Virus record (IMG/VR): IMGVR_UViG_3300021255_004360
Location: 3,350-67,349 of that record
Strand: one strand, 5' to 3'
Length of the DNA: 64,000 bases
Source of the DNA: a virus
Lineage: Duplodnaviria; Caudoviricetes
In this document: piece by piece, positions 26,501 to 37,425 of the stretch
How positions within the stretch are numbered: position 1 is the stretch's first letter
Layout: the number at the start of each line of letters is the position of its first letter
Program-made: the position numbers and the translations under genes
Notes under the pieces: model-generated
What the model was told of the DNA's origin: nothing
Database searches by the model: none
Seen by the model: only the letters and a program-made list of their open reading frames with translations

Positions 26501-27235
26501 AACAATTTCCAAGCCAATTTTGATTCATGGAGTGCTACAACGCTTGTAAACAGAATAACAAGCTTTGATTATACGAGGACATATACTTCACAGGCAACTC
26601 AACCATATTATGGTGAGACTAATTTATCGCTTTTGACTTCTGTGTCTTCAACTAACAATAGTTTCAGTGCAAGTTTAGATACAACACAAAAAACCATTAC
26701 TTTAACAACAACTAAAAATACTGGTAGTAGTGTTAAATCCACACAAATTGTGGTTACATATAGTGGGGCAACATATACTTCGGACGAGATTGCACAACCA
26801 TATTATGTTGTTGTTAGTCAAAGTTACAGTGTGTCGAGCGTATCTCTTGGGCAAACCCATGTAGAATGGAGTGGGGATACATATGTTTTAGTTGTAGATA
26901 ATTTAAGAGTGACAGTAACATTTAATAACCCTATGAATGGTAGAAATAAAACATACCACGTGGCGGCAGGACTTAAAGTAAATGGAACGGAAGATGAGGA
27001 AGGTATTAATCTTGAAACTTGGGGTGGTAATACTTATAATTGGGCCGTACCGTCAAACTCAGGCGCAACCACATTAACAATACTCCATTATGAAATAGAA
27101 ATTTCAGACATTGGTGAGTCAGGCGGTGGGACAATTAACAGTGTACAATTACTTTTTAGATTGGACCCTAGTCAAAGCGATTTAAATTTAAACAAAACGG
27201 GTTCCTCAACATGAGTAACAATACCAGTACAATAA
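20501..27235 (+). CDS. Giant protein with about 14 tandem FN3-like domains plus fibre-type modules (about 2244 aa; 11 TGA)
   Basis: TGA at 20519, 20861, 22358, 22634, 23180, 23291, 24254, 24449, 24854, 25658 and 27212, all in frame, with no TAA/TAG until 27233. Repeating ...W...GY.V...L.P.T.Y.I.V.A pattern. Confidence 0.8.
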
Positions 27236-27247
27236 AAAACAATACAA

Positions 27248-27258
27248 AACTATTTATA
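27248..27258 (+). promoter_or_regulatory. Putative phage late promoter AACTATTTATA
   Basis: Exact copy of the motif, intergenic, upstream of ATG 27307. Confidence 0.6.
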
Positions 27259-27306
27259 AAATAAAACAAATATCTTATAATAAAGATATTAAATGATTAG
27301 AAGAAT

Positions 27307-30018
27307 ATGGCAAACGATTGACTAAAAATAAAGGTAGACGGTACTAGTGAATGAGGCACTACTGGTACTGGTCCTTCTGGTACAACTGGAATAACCATTA
27401 GTGCTGATACTTGCAGCGAAGCCATTGCAAGATGCGCTACCATTGTGTTCAGAGCTGGAAGTCTTACAAAAAGATTGAAAGTCACACAAGGTATTTCTGC
27501 AAGTCCAAAAATACAATTAGTACCGAGTTTCCTTACTATAGGAAAGAACCAAACTGGTACTACAAACTTAACAGTAAGTAATGTTAGTGAAATAACTGGC
27601 TGGTATTGGGTGCTTACCTCACCTTCAACACAATCATTAATAAACGGTGTTGATATCTATAACGGAAACACATCAATCAGTTTGCCTTATACTGGTGTTG
27701 GTGTTTCGTCAACCGCAATTAAAGTTAAGAACAAAACAAACGATACTGGGAATCTTGTTTTGCAGGGTACGTTGTATTCATCTGATGGCACACAATTATC
27801 ATCACAGAACGTAAACTTCCAGTTGACTGGTGACCAGAATCCTGAACCAACAATCACTTTGACTTATGCTGGTGGAAGTGTGATTACACTTCACAGTGGT
27901 AGTACGGAAACAGTAACAGTATCTGTTAGCGTACCAAACGCAACAAGTTATGAATGAAGCGTTGGCTACGGCGACGTTTTATCTGGTATTGACATATCCC
28001 CTGTTAGTGGAACAACAAATAATGTAACAGTAACGTTAACAAACAACACATGGGATTCTGGACATACCAGTGTTTGGGGACAAGTTACGGCACACTATGC
28101 GGACGGAACAAGTAAAAACAGTTCTGTGTTTTCAATAGGTGTTGAGTTTCTACCAACTGATTATCACCTCAGAATTCGTATTGATTCACAACCTCAAACA
28201 TCTTTGGTATTCAATTCGTCAACAACAATGTCTTTCCATGTCGAAGATACAGAAGGACGAACAATTGTGGATAATGATTTATCTTGGGTGTTGACTTGTA
28301 CTAACCCAGGTAAAAGTGGGTATATTGTGTTGAACCCTGGTAATAACGCATTTTCAGCCGAAACAAACTATTCTGATAGCACTCAGTTAACAAATAGAAA
28401 CGTACAATGGGGCGTAGATAAACTCTCATTTAAACTTTCTCTCGTGAAAAACGGAACGATAATTGACTATATAGAAGGCGATTCGTCAGTTGATAGATTT
28501 ATAAACGATATTACACTTTATCCACAACCACAGTTAATTTTGGACACACCAAGTCCAACACAAGGTGACAATGGTATAATTGAACTTTCAAATGTTGGTA
28601 CAACTGACGAAGGAAGGGAAGTCAAGTTCGCAGCAAATATGAACTGGTCTGTTAGGTTTGATGTGGCCGATACTGCATTTTACTTTCTTAGCACAACAAG
28701 TGGTGAAGCAGGAACAGGTTCAACTGATTTGAAGACCGTAAAATTCTTTGCAGCACCAAACACAGAAACTGGAAGCTGGAAACACAATACGCTGCGTATT
28801 TACCTTGAAAATAATTTAGCTCAACGTTATGTTGATATAAACGTTTCTTACGTAGACCCATATCTCAGCGTTGTTTTCCCTGGTGAAGTGCAACATTTGC
28901 CAGCCATTGTTACATCTAACGCAATGTCTTTCAATTTGGATTCGAATGTTCGTGACTTGGATGTTGTTTATGACCCTGAACCATCACAATGGAGTGCTAT
29001 ATGGTTGTCAGCGTATACAGTTATAAGTGGTAATAACTATAAACTTCAATTAGATACCATATTGGAAAATGATACTGGTGATGAACGTCCAAGCACTAGT
29101 TCAATTAAAATTTATTTGGAAAAAACATACATTATACATCCATATCCACCAACAGACCCACGTAGTGCAGACACAATAACAAAAACAGTAAGTAGTGCTG
29201 GAAGTGAGTTGAAAGTAGTACAAAGTAGAAAAACAACCAACATATTCATTGTTAAAGTACACGGTGAAACGGTTTGGGACTCCACAGAGGGTGTTGCTGT
29301 TACAGAGTTTACTGACGTAGCCGCTAGTGGTTCTCCTGTTGATTATCTTAATCCGTTACAAATACAAGTATATGTGAAGGATTCGTCACAAACAGTAACA
29401 ATATTAGGTGCGGCTTATGATATTATGCAAACAAGTAACGGATACCTAAAAAAACCTGGTAGTGGTCAAGGTGATGCGTGGGTAAGGTTAAATAATGATG
29501 ACCTTCCATACCCTGATAATACAGCAACAAGACAGGGTGTATTATTACATTTGGAACCTAACAAGAGTTATACTAATACAGCACAAACAAGAGTGTATGT
29601 TTATGAGGATATGCAAGCAACAGTTTTAATGTGGACTGGCGTTTGAATACAACCAGCAAACGATGAAAGTGCTGTTAAAGATGCTTTTACTGTCTCTTGG
29701 GATGCCGCAAGCAAGGTAACTTTCACTGGAAGTGTAAGAATAGGTCTTAATGAACTACCACTAAACACTCAATTTAGGGTAAATATATATAATACAGCCG
29801 CAGCTCAAACACAAACAGAATTTTTTGATATAGATTTAGATTATGACATATCTGAAAGTGTTTTAACACCAGGCCGCACATATACGTTTAGTAAAAATTT
29901 TGAAATTGATTTGACAAAAATGACGAATAAGTATATTGAATTTGTGTTTAACAACACACAAACACAAAGAATGGCAATCACAGCACCAGGTAGTGCTAGC
30001 ATGTATTGGAATGTGTAA
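27307..30018 (+). CDS. BACON/Ig-like repeat protein (903 aa; TGA at 27319, 27352, 27955 and 29644)
   Basis: MAND[W]LKIK...ARCATIVFRAGSLTKRLKVTQ is a BACON-like start; also FAANMNWSV. One frame to TAA 30016. Confidence 0.7.
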
Positions 30019-30383
30019 TGAGAAACGGTATATTATATAGGGAGCGTTATCCAATAAGTTTTGAAAGTGACGGAACACCTGTGATTGATTATTCATCACA
30101 GGTGGAAGTCATATATAATAAGGATATTGGATTAAGTAGGCAATCCCAGAACAGTACCATCATTGAAATGGATTATGGCGGTGAATGGACACCAGAATCA
30201 GCATGTTCATCACCAGCATACAAACAAGATTATTTGAACAAAATTTGTGAAGAGCCAAACATCAAAGTTGATGTAACGTTAAACAGAGGAAATGCAACGG
30301 CATTTGAATCACATTTAAAAATGACTGAATGCAACACATTGGAGGATTTGGTCAATTATGGAAACAATTATTTTAACCTATAG
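30018..30383 (+). CDS. Hypothetical virion protein (121 aa)
   Basis: TAATG-coupled start MRNGILYRERYP. C-terminus EEPNIKVDVTLNRGNATAFESHLKMTECNTLEDLVNYGNNYF. Ends TAG. Confidence 0.6.
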   Translation: MRNGILYRERYPISFESDGTPVIDYSSQVEVIYNKDIGLSRQSQNSTIIEMDYGGEWTPESACSSPAYKQDYLNKICEEPNIKVDVTLNRGNATAFESHLKMTECNTLEDLVNYGNNYFNL

Positions 30384-30388
30384 AAGAT

Positions 30389-31264
30389 ATGAACAGTAAC
30401 GGATTATATGGAACAGTAAGGCCAGCGGTCTTAAACCCAGAGGATGCAGAGATTTTTTATTATTATCGTCCGACAAGGGGTGTAGAATCTGACGATTTTG
30501 TCGAAGGGTTCAAGCAATTGGAAGCGTCTGAGTGTTTAGTGCCAGCAACAGGAGAAAGTGTTGGTAGATTGAACGGCATGTTCAATTTAAGGCTTCCGTT
30601 AGACAAGTTCAACATGAAGGGTTATTATACTGTTTACATTAGGCCAAGGGAAATCGTGGCAACGATAGAGAATGTGTCAACATTGGTAGCAAATCCAACA
30701 GTCAAGGGTGTAATTTTCAATACCGAAGAGGTTGGTATAGATGATTTGACTGGATACAGAATCGAGTATGAGGATGACGAGGGTAATGTTACAATGGCAA
30801 GATTGATTACATCCTGCAATTATTGTGAACCACAAAAAGTTGTTGTCAGTGATAGTTATACAAGTGTTATCAGATATTCGTTAACAAACAATTCTTCACA
30901 ATACAGTATTGTTTTCTGTACTGTAACACCATCATCTGTTTCAGCATCAAGGCCAAACTCAATACCGTCAATTGGAAGGAAAGGTCAGAAAGTAAGATTA
31001 GTGAATACGAAGTTTGACCCTGTTATGTTGGAAATTGAAATGGTTGAGCACGACATTGAAACATTGACAACAATGATTGAGGGTGACCAGATTAGAGACC
31101 TTGACAATGGTCTTATCACAACATACAACGATAATAAAGAAATTTATCGTCAGCACGAATATTACACTTTGAAGTCTGAAAATGGCACACCATTATATGA
31201 CGTTAAAATTAAAAGGGACATCATTGACCCGACACAGGATTATAACAGTATTGTAGGTCAGTAA
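30389..31264 (+). CDS. Hypothetical virion protein (291 aa)
   Basis: Intact ORF between structural genes; no family recognised with certainty. Confidence 0.6.
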   Translation: MNSNGLYGTVRPAVLNPEDAEIFYYYRPTRGVESDDFVEGFKQLEASECLVPATGESVGRLNGMFNLRLPLDKFNMKGYYTVYIRPREIVATIENVSTLVANPTVKGVIFNTEEVGIDDLTGYRIEYEDDEGNVTMARLITSCNYCEPQKVVVSDSYTSVIRYSLTNNSSQYSIVFCTVTPSSVSASRPNSIPSIGRKGQKVRLVNTKFDPVMLEIEMVEHDIETLTTMIEGDQIRDLDNGLITTYNDNKEIYRQHEYYTLKSENGTPLYDVKIKRDIIDPTQDYNSIVGQ

Positions 31265-31267
31265 TAT

Positions 31268-33847
31268 ATGGCAAAATACATAAAGACGAAATCGAACTAC
31301 GTTCTAAAAAAGGAACATAAAAGAACGCAAGATGGAACAATTTTTGAACGTGATTATATGACAATCACGGACAAGGATGGTTTTTCTCCGTCCAATCCGA
31401 CAGATTATGGACAGTACAAATTCAGATTTGTTGTAAACGATGGTTTGAATTTACAGAAGAAGCATCAAAAAGGTACGTGGTTGAGGAATGAGTCTTATTG
31501 TATTGAAAACCATCCAGAATACTGGACGGATGGTTGTCTTCCAAACTATCTGACAACAGAAACAAAAATCGTTCTTAATCCAAATTATGAAAGTTTAACG
31601 GATTTTGCGTATTATGGTTCTGCGTTGGAATTAGTTAGAGCCACAATAACAGACATTATAGTTAGATTCCCCGCTGAATTGTATTTTACAAGCGATACAC
31701 AAAAACCAACAAGTTGGGGAATTACCAGTGGGAGATATTTTGTTGAGAATGATTATGGGATTAACGTACACACCCAAATGACGGCTAATGCGTTAGCAGA
31801 AACTGATAATCCATATAGATATTTTGCACATGGCGTTGTTGAGGATTATGTTGTCATAACACCAGACGGTGAAGAGAAATCAATCACCAATTGGAAGGTT
31901 ACGAACTTGGACGCTGGTAGTTGTTCAAAAGATGAAACTGTATATAAAGTTTGTAACGTTACAGTGTCTTATGATGGCGGGCAATTTAAACTTGAGGTGT
32001 GGAATCTTGGCCCTGGTGATGTAGTGGTAGTTTCAACGAGCAACTATAATGGTTATAGAATTAGACCAAATCAGGATATTATTGATGAGTTTTTCAATTC
32101 TCTTGATGGTTTTGAAAAGGTGATTTTGAACAAGAAAACAGTTCCTATATATACAGCGACATTCAACACACCTTTCAGTACAGATGATGGTTATTATTAC
32201 AAGAAAGAAAAATATACGTGGCCAAACAGTCATGATTGGAATCCGTCATTGTCTTCTTATGCGTATGATGTGTATGTTCAAAGATTGGTGTCTTTGGCAA
32301 CATTTCATGATGATTATGATACAGACAATCTCTGGCGTTCAATGACGCACGAAGCAATCAAAAATCTTGACTGGACTTTTATCAGACAGACAACAGACGA
32401 TATTGAAGAATATGAGAGCATTGACACATCAAGGATTCTTCCTGTATTAAAGGTGTGGGGTAGACAATATGATGATATCAAGCGTTACATTGACAATATC
32501 AAGTACATAACAAACGTGACGTACAATAAACAGAACAACACGCCAGATTATTTCATATCAGACACCTTGGAAATGGGTGGCTGGGAAACTGGAAGTGTTA
32601 CGTCAACATGGGATAATGACACAGTAACAGATGTGTTATATTCTGGACACACAACAGGATATACTGCAACAGAAGTAAACGTTGAAGTGTTGAGAAGATT
32701 GAAACTCAATTCACCATATCTTCTCAGAATGAAGGGTACTGTGAAGGGAATCAAATGTCTTCTTGGCTTATTTGGTATTGATGCAGATGTCACGGAATAT
32801 GTAAGGCGTGTTAATGGTGGAATTGGTGATTACACCTATGATGAAATTAAAGAATTGAATCTTTTAAAGACAGATATGCAAGGAGAGGTGTTGCCAGATG
32901 ATTTGTTGACTGGTCTTACACTTAAAAACATTGTTGAGTATGATGAAACAGGTGGTTCCCAATCTTCTATGGTAGTTCCTTGGTATGATGGAACAAAACA
33001 GTATGATGGCGATACCTATTTCCAAATGAAAGGTGGGTGGGGTAAATACGAGAGAGAGGTTCCGAATGTGGGAGCGCCAGAAACATCAGCAATAACCATT
33101 ACTGGATGAAGTGAAACCATATCAAATCTAAAGTTTGCCACAGGAATGGAAGACATGTCACGTATGGGTAGGTTGGTTGTTAAGACTGGTGATATTTGTT
33201 ATGTTGAGAATATCATGGAATTTTCATCCGAGCCATATGACGGTAAATATACTCCAAAACCAGGTGATGAGAATGATACTGTGGAAAACGCATCACATTA
33301 CTTTGTATTGGAGAATGATGATTATAGCAGCGTGTTAGGCTGGAACGATATAAATGGTTGCTATGGTTGGAGAAGTATTACCAATCAAGAATTGTTGAAC
33401 AATACAACAACAGCAGCAACGAATGTGCATTACTATGAATCAATCGTTGACAACAATGCAGGTAATAACCCACACTCTGGTGATGGTATTTATGATGGTG
33501 GTGAAGAGTTCTTCAATAGACTAAGACATCCGTTTGAACAAGCGATTGAAATAGGGCAATATGATACTTTGTCTGACGAAGAACTTGGTGAACTTACAGC
33601 CATAACATACGACATATCAGATGCAACAGCAGCATCTGGCAAGACAAAATATTATGCAAGAGATAATGAAAATGATTCTTATTATGTTTTAAACGATAAG
33701 AAACTTAACATTAATTTCAAGATGCCAGTTGGTTGTGATTTTGATATATATAAGAACTATGTGGTAAAGAACATATTAATTTATCTTGAGCAGATGTTAC
33801 CATCAACTGCAATAGTAAATTACGAGTTCACTACTAAAAGTTCTTAA
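31268..33847 (+). CDS. Baseplate wedge-like protein (859 aa; TGA at 33107)
   Basis: LLRMKGTVKGIKCLLGLFGI resembles the KGT motif of T4 gp7/P2 gpI-type wedge proteins. ORFs 31268 and 33146 join in frame. Confidence 0.6.
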
Positions 33848-34919
33848 GTGCTTTTCTTTGTTTCAAAGTCAGTGAAGATGGGTATTCGTGTTTTACAACG
33901 ACAGCCAAATCCCCATAGCCAATAAGTTTACCCCAGCCATCTATGACTGGCATGCCTTTTCCGTTAAATATAATGGACTTGTTGTCTGGAGAAAGTTCTG
34001 GAATTTTATACTTCAAAGTAGTACCGTCAATACATTTTATGCTGCCCTCATAACCGAGTAGCGCTTGGTTGAATGGTACTTTGTCATAGTATATTAGGTT
34101 GTTATTTCCAGCAATAACGAACTTATCGTGTGGTAAAACAGTGACATTAACAATTAAATCACCTTTTTCCCCACCATTTGGTGATTCTCCACCAAGTCCA
34201 TTGAATTTAACATTCATACCAGTTTGCACACCTCGTGGCAAATCAATAGTAACGTCAACATATTTACGAATTTTACCAGTGCCACCACAATTACTACAAG
34301 GTGAATCGGGAGAGGATTTACCAGTGCCACCGCAACAGCCACAAGTAGTTCTCATTGTTGACATGAAATTGCCCATACGATGCACTTGCTCCGTATAACC
34401 AAGTCCGTTGCAGAGTGGACAATCATGTGTTTTGCCATCACTTGAACCAGTTCCGTTACATTTGTCACATTTTATGGATTTTGCAATTTTTATGGTTTTT
34501 TTAACACCATTGTAGGCTTCTTCTAGCGTGATTTGTATGTTTGTTGTTATATTTTCACCCCGTTCTTGTCGTGGTGTAGATGGTCCGCGTCCCCAGCCTT
34601 GGAAACCAAAGCCAGCAGCCTGGTTTGCTCTGCGTAAGAATTCCTCCATATCAATATCAACACCAAAGCCACCAGACATTTTAGCGTCATATTCATTTCT
34701 TTGTGCTTCATCAGATAAAACAGAGTTTGCCTCTGAAATTTCCTTGAATTTTTCTTCCGCGTCTTTCTTTTCCTTTTCGGATGCATTTACCCATTTGTCT
34801 GGATGATATTTTATGGACAAATTACGAAATTTTTTAGAGACAATTTTCTCAAAATCCTTTCCATGCAGTTTCTTTTCTTCATCAGTAATGCCAAGTATGG
34901 AGTAATAATCTTTATTCAT
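33834..34919 (-). CDS. dnaJ: Full-length class A DnaJ chaperone
   Basis: J-domain with HPD (KYHPDKW), G/F-rich linker, four CxxCxGxG repeats (CDKCNGTG, CPLCNGLG, CGCCGGTG, CSNCGGTG) and C-terminal domain. Ends TAG; overlaps the convergent gene by 14 nt. Confidence 0.95.
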   Translation of the reverse strand: MNKDYYSILGITDEEKKLHGKDFEKIVSKKFRNLSIKYHPDKWVNASEKEKKDAEEKFKEISEANSVLSDEAQRNEYDAKMSGGFGVDIDMEEFLRRANQAAGFGFQGWGRGPSTPRQERGENITTNIQITLEEAYNGVKKTIKIAKSIKCDKCNGTGSSDGKTHDCPLCNGLGYTEQVHRMGNFMSTMRTTCGCCGGTGKSSPDSPCSNCGGTGKIRKYVDVTIDLPRGVQTGMNVKFNGLGGESPNGGEKGDLIVNVTVLPHDKFVIAGNNNLIYYDKVPFNQALLGYEGSIKCIDGTTLKYKIPELSPDNKSIIFNGKGMPVIDGWGKLIGYGDLAVVVKHEYPSSLTLKQRKALKNF

Positions 34920-34945
34920 ATCAATCTTTTTGTTATAAGCACCTC

Positions 34946-34976
34946 CAAAGATACTGAATAAAAACCTAAAAACAAA
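34946..34976 (-). promoter_or_regulatory. Bacteroidota primary-sigma promoter for dnaJ
   Basis: Minus strand reads TTTG, 19 nt, TATCTTTG. Exact consensus, 26 nt upstream of the dnaJ ATG. Confidence 0.75.
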
Positions 34977-34983
34977 AGAAAAT

Positions 34984-34994
34984 GACTATTTATT
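34984..34994 (+). promoter_or_regulatory. Late-promoter motif variant GACTATTTATT
   Basis: Intergenic, 18 nt before ATG 35013, back-to-back with the dnaJ promoter. Confidence 0.5.
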
Positions 34995-35012
34995 TAAGAA
35001 TAAGAGTTTGCT

Positions 35013-36710
35013 ATGCAGAATATTAAACATAATAGTGTCAGAGCGTTAGACTTAAGACTACTTAATGACGAGTATTACGATTTCATGTTGTATAGAGGGG
35101 AAGTTATAGGTAACAGTTTCTTTGAAGATTGTTATCTTGCACAGATACTTCCTTGTTCATTGGAAGAAGATGGAAAATACTATTCTAGGTCAACGTGGGT
35201 GGACGCAGTAAATGGTGGTGACGTGAAATTAAACAACATTGGTTTTACTGGTGTTGACAACGGTTTTATACGTTTTGAGAAAGACAAAATCACAAACAAG
35301 GAATTTTGGAAGATATTCACAGGGTCAACTTATGAAATTGATTCGGAAGACAAAAGGTTTTTCATGACTCCGATTACTGGAAATACAATGCATTACAGGT
35401 ATCCGTACTCAATTGAAGTAGATGAAGATGATGGCCAGCAATATTTCTCTTTCCAAGGTGGGTTTTTACAAGGATTCTTTAAAGCAGAGGGATATGATTA
35501 TCAAACGTTACCCAACAAGATAGACACAGAATGGGTTATGTCTTTTGAATTGAGAAGGAGAAGTGATTATGTTGTGGAACCAGACACTATTAATGGTGTA
35601 CACCCAGAAAACAATGGAATTTTCTTCTATATGGGAACCAGAGCAGAAAATAAGTTTTGGCATTATTACAAAACCGATAAAGAAACAATGGACGCTCTGA
35701 AAATCGGCGATTTTGCTGAGGATGAGTATATGGAGAAGGAAGAAGAATGTGATATCCTAACACCAGAAGGAAATGTTGTTAAAAAGGATGAGGTTGCTGT
35801 TGAGGATTGGGTGGAAGGATATGTTGTTAAAGAACCTTGTGATATTGATAATGTAATTGATTATCCAATAGACCATGAATATTGGGAAGAGGATATTAAT
35901 ATAGAAAGTAACGATTTTAACACCAAGGATGGTATAGGTTCTGACACACAAGGATATTATGAAATTGAAACCGACAACAAGTTTATCACATTCAACAGAA
36001 CATGCTCTGGGTTTACGGTTGATACTTATCCTGGTGATGATGTTAAAGTTGTTTTAACTGGTAAGAAGCGTCCAAATATCAACTGATTCCCACTAATGAA
36101 TAGAACCAAAACTGGTGTTACAGTAGAAACAGCAGACTGGTATCTTGAAAACGTATATGAAGGTGACGATGCTGAATATGATATCTATGATGATATTAAG
36201 AACAATGCTTTTGCACTAAAGATGAATGATGATGGAAGCGTTGGATATAAATATGGCATTCTTGATTGTGATGCTGAACACCATTATTCTGTCGTTGAGG
36301 AATACAGCAAACCAAATATGGTTCCTGATAACAAATGGAGTAAAATTACAGTAAGATTCAAGTTGGATTTCCCAAGATTTTCAAAGTGCGACAATAGCAA
36401 CAAAAAAATGAAAATCTATCTCTATGTGGATGGTTTTTTGGTACTTGTCAGTAAAGAATTACCAGCATTGAATTTTAAAGCGTTAGGGGAAACATATCAA
36501 AAACAAGAAGGTGTACCATTCAACTTGTCACTTGGTGGAGGCACACAGGGGCTTATGGAAGAAATTTTCCCAGATTACTATAGACCGTCTGGTTATGTTC
36601 TTCCTTTGGAAAGAGATTTTGGGGGTAGTTTTATGGGCGATATAAAATACTTTATCTTCTATGGTTGCCACCTGCCTTGCAATGATGTGCGAAAACTTGA
36701 TATTATTTAA
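35013..36710 (+). CDS. Virion protein with a possible ConA/LamG-like fold (565 aa; TGA at 36084)
   Basis: ORFs 35013 and 36096 join as NIN[W]FPLMNRT. KWSKITVRF...KIYLYVDG...FNLSLGGG...FMGDIK resembles LamG strands. Confidence 0.55.
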
Positions 36711-36717
36711 AATCAAT

Positions 36718-36728
36718 AACTATTTATA
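36718..36728 (+). promoter_or_regulatory. Putative phage late promoter AACTATTTATA
   Basis: Exact motif, 16 nt upstream of ATG 36745. Confidence 0.6.
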
Positions 36729-36744
36729 AGAAAATAAGAAGGAT

Positions 36745-37317
36745 ATGAACGGAATTACATATTTTAAACTATTGAACCCTAAATATGGGGGCGACACAAC
36801 AAAAGGTTGTGCATTAACTGGTGCAGAAGTAGATGGTAACTTCAATTTTTTAAGAGGTTACGATGTTGAGTCAATTGGCCTTATCAACAACAATACAACA
36901 TTTCGCCTAAAACGTGTCAATGGTGAAAATCTTGATGTTGACCTTCAAAATGACACAATTAGAAGAGAACTTGACGAAATTTCTGGAAAAACAGAAAGCA
37001 TTTCTGGTAAAGTTGATACAAATGCAGAAAAGATTAGAGTACTTGAGGATAAAGTAAGAAGACTTGAAGAGTCAAATGAAAGACTTGAACAAATCGTTAA
37101 TGACCTTGCTACGTTAATACATTCAATGGATTTTGAAGAAGTACCTGGCACGGAATTCGAACAAAAAGTACGCAAAGTTGTTAGCGATTTTATCGTACCA
37201 ACTGAAACGTCTGTTGCTTATGATGTAACACCAAACACCATCGAGCCACGCAGTATGGTGCTAAGATTTGGTAGAAATGCTCAGTTTAGGGCTGACATGG
37301 GAAACGGTAATCAATAG
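36745..37317 (+). CDS. Fibre/baseplate-associated coiled-coil protein (190 aa)
   Basis: LTGAEVDGNFNFL resembles the L..E.D.NF..L motif at fibre N-termini; central heptad coiled coil. Confidence 0.5.
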   Translation: MNGITYFKLLNPKYGGDTTKGCALTGAEVDGNFNFLRGYDVESIGLINNNTTFRLKRVNGENLDVDLQNDTIRRELDEISGKTESISGKVDTNAEKIRVLEDKVRRLEESNERLEQIVNDLATLIHSMDFEEVPGTEFEQKVRKVVSDFIVPTETSVAYDVTPNTIEPRSMVLRFGRNAQFRADMGNGNQ

Positions 37318-37337
37318 AAAAAAATATTTTTCAAAAT

Positions 37338-37366
37338 AAGCCTCATGAAAGTGGGGCTTTTCTTTT
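37338..37366 (+). terminator. Intrinsic terminator
   Basis: AAGCCTCAT-GAAA-GTGGGGCTT hairpin followed by TTCTTTT. Confidence 0.8.
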
Positions 37367-37372
37367 GTACAA

Positions 37373-37382
37373 AGTATTTATC
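37373..37382 (+). promoter_or_regulatory. Late-promoter motif variant AGTATTTATC
   Basis: Between the terminator and ATG 37426. Confidence 0.45.
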
Positions 37383-37425
37383 AATAAATGATAATAGATA
37401 AAAAAGTCAAAAATGTTATATAACT

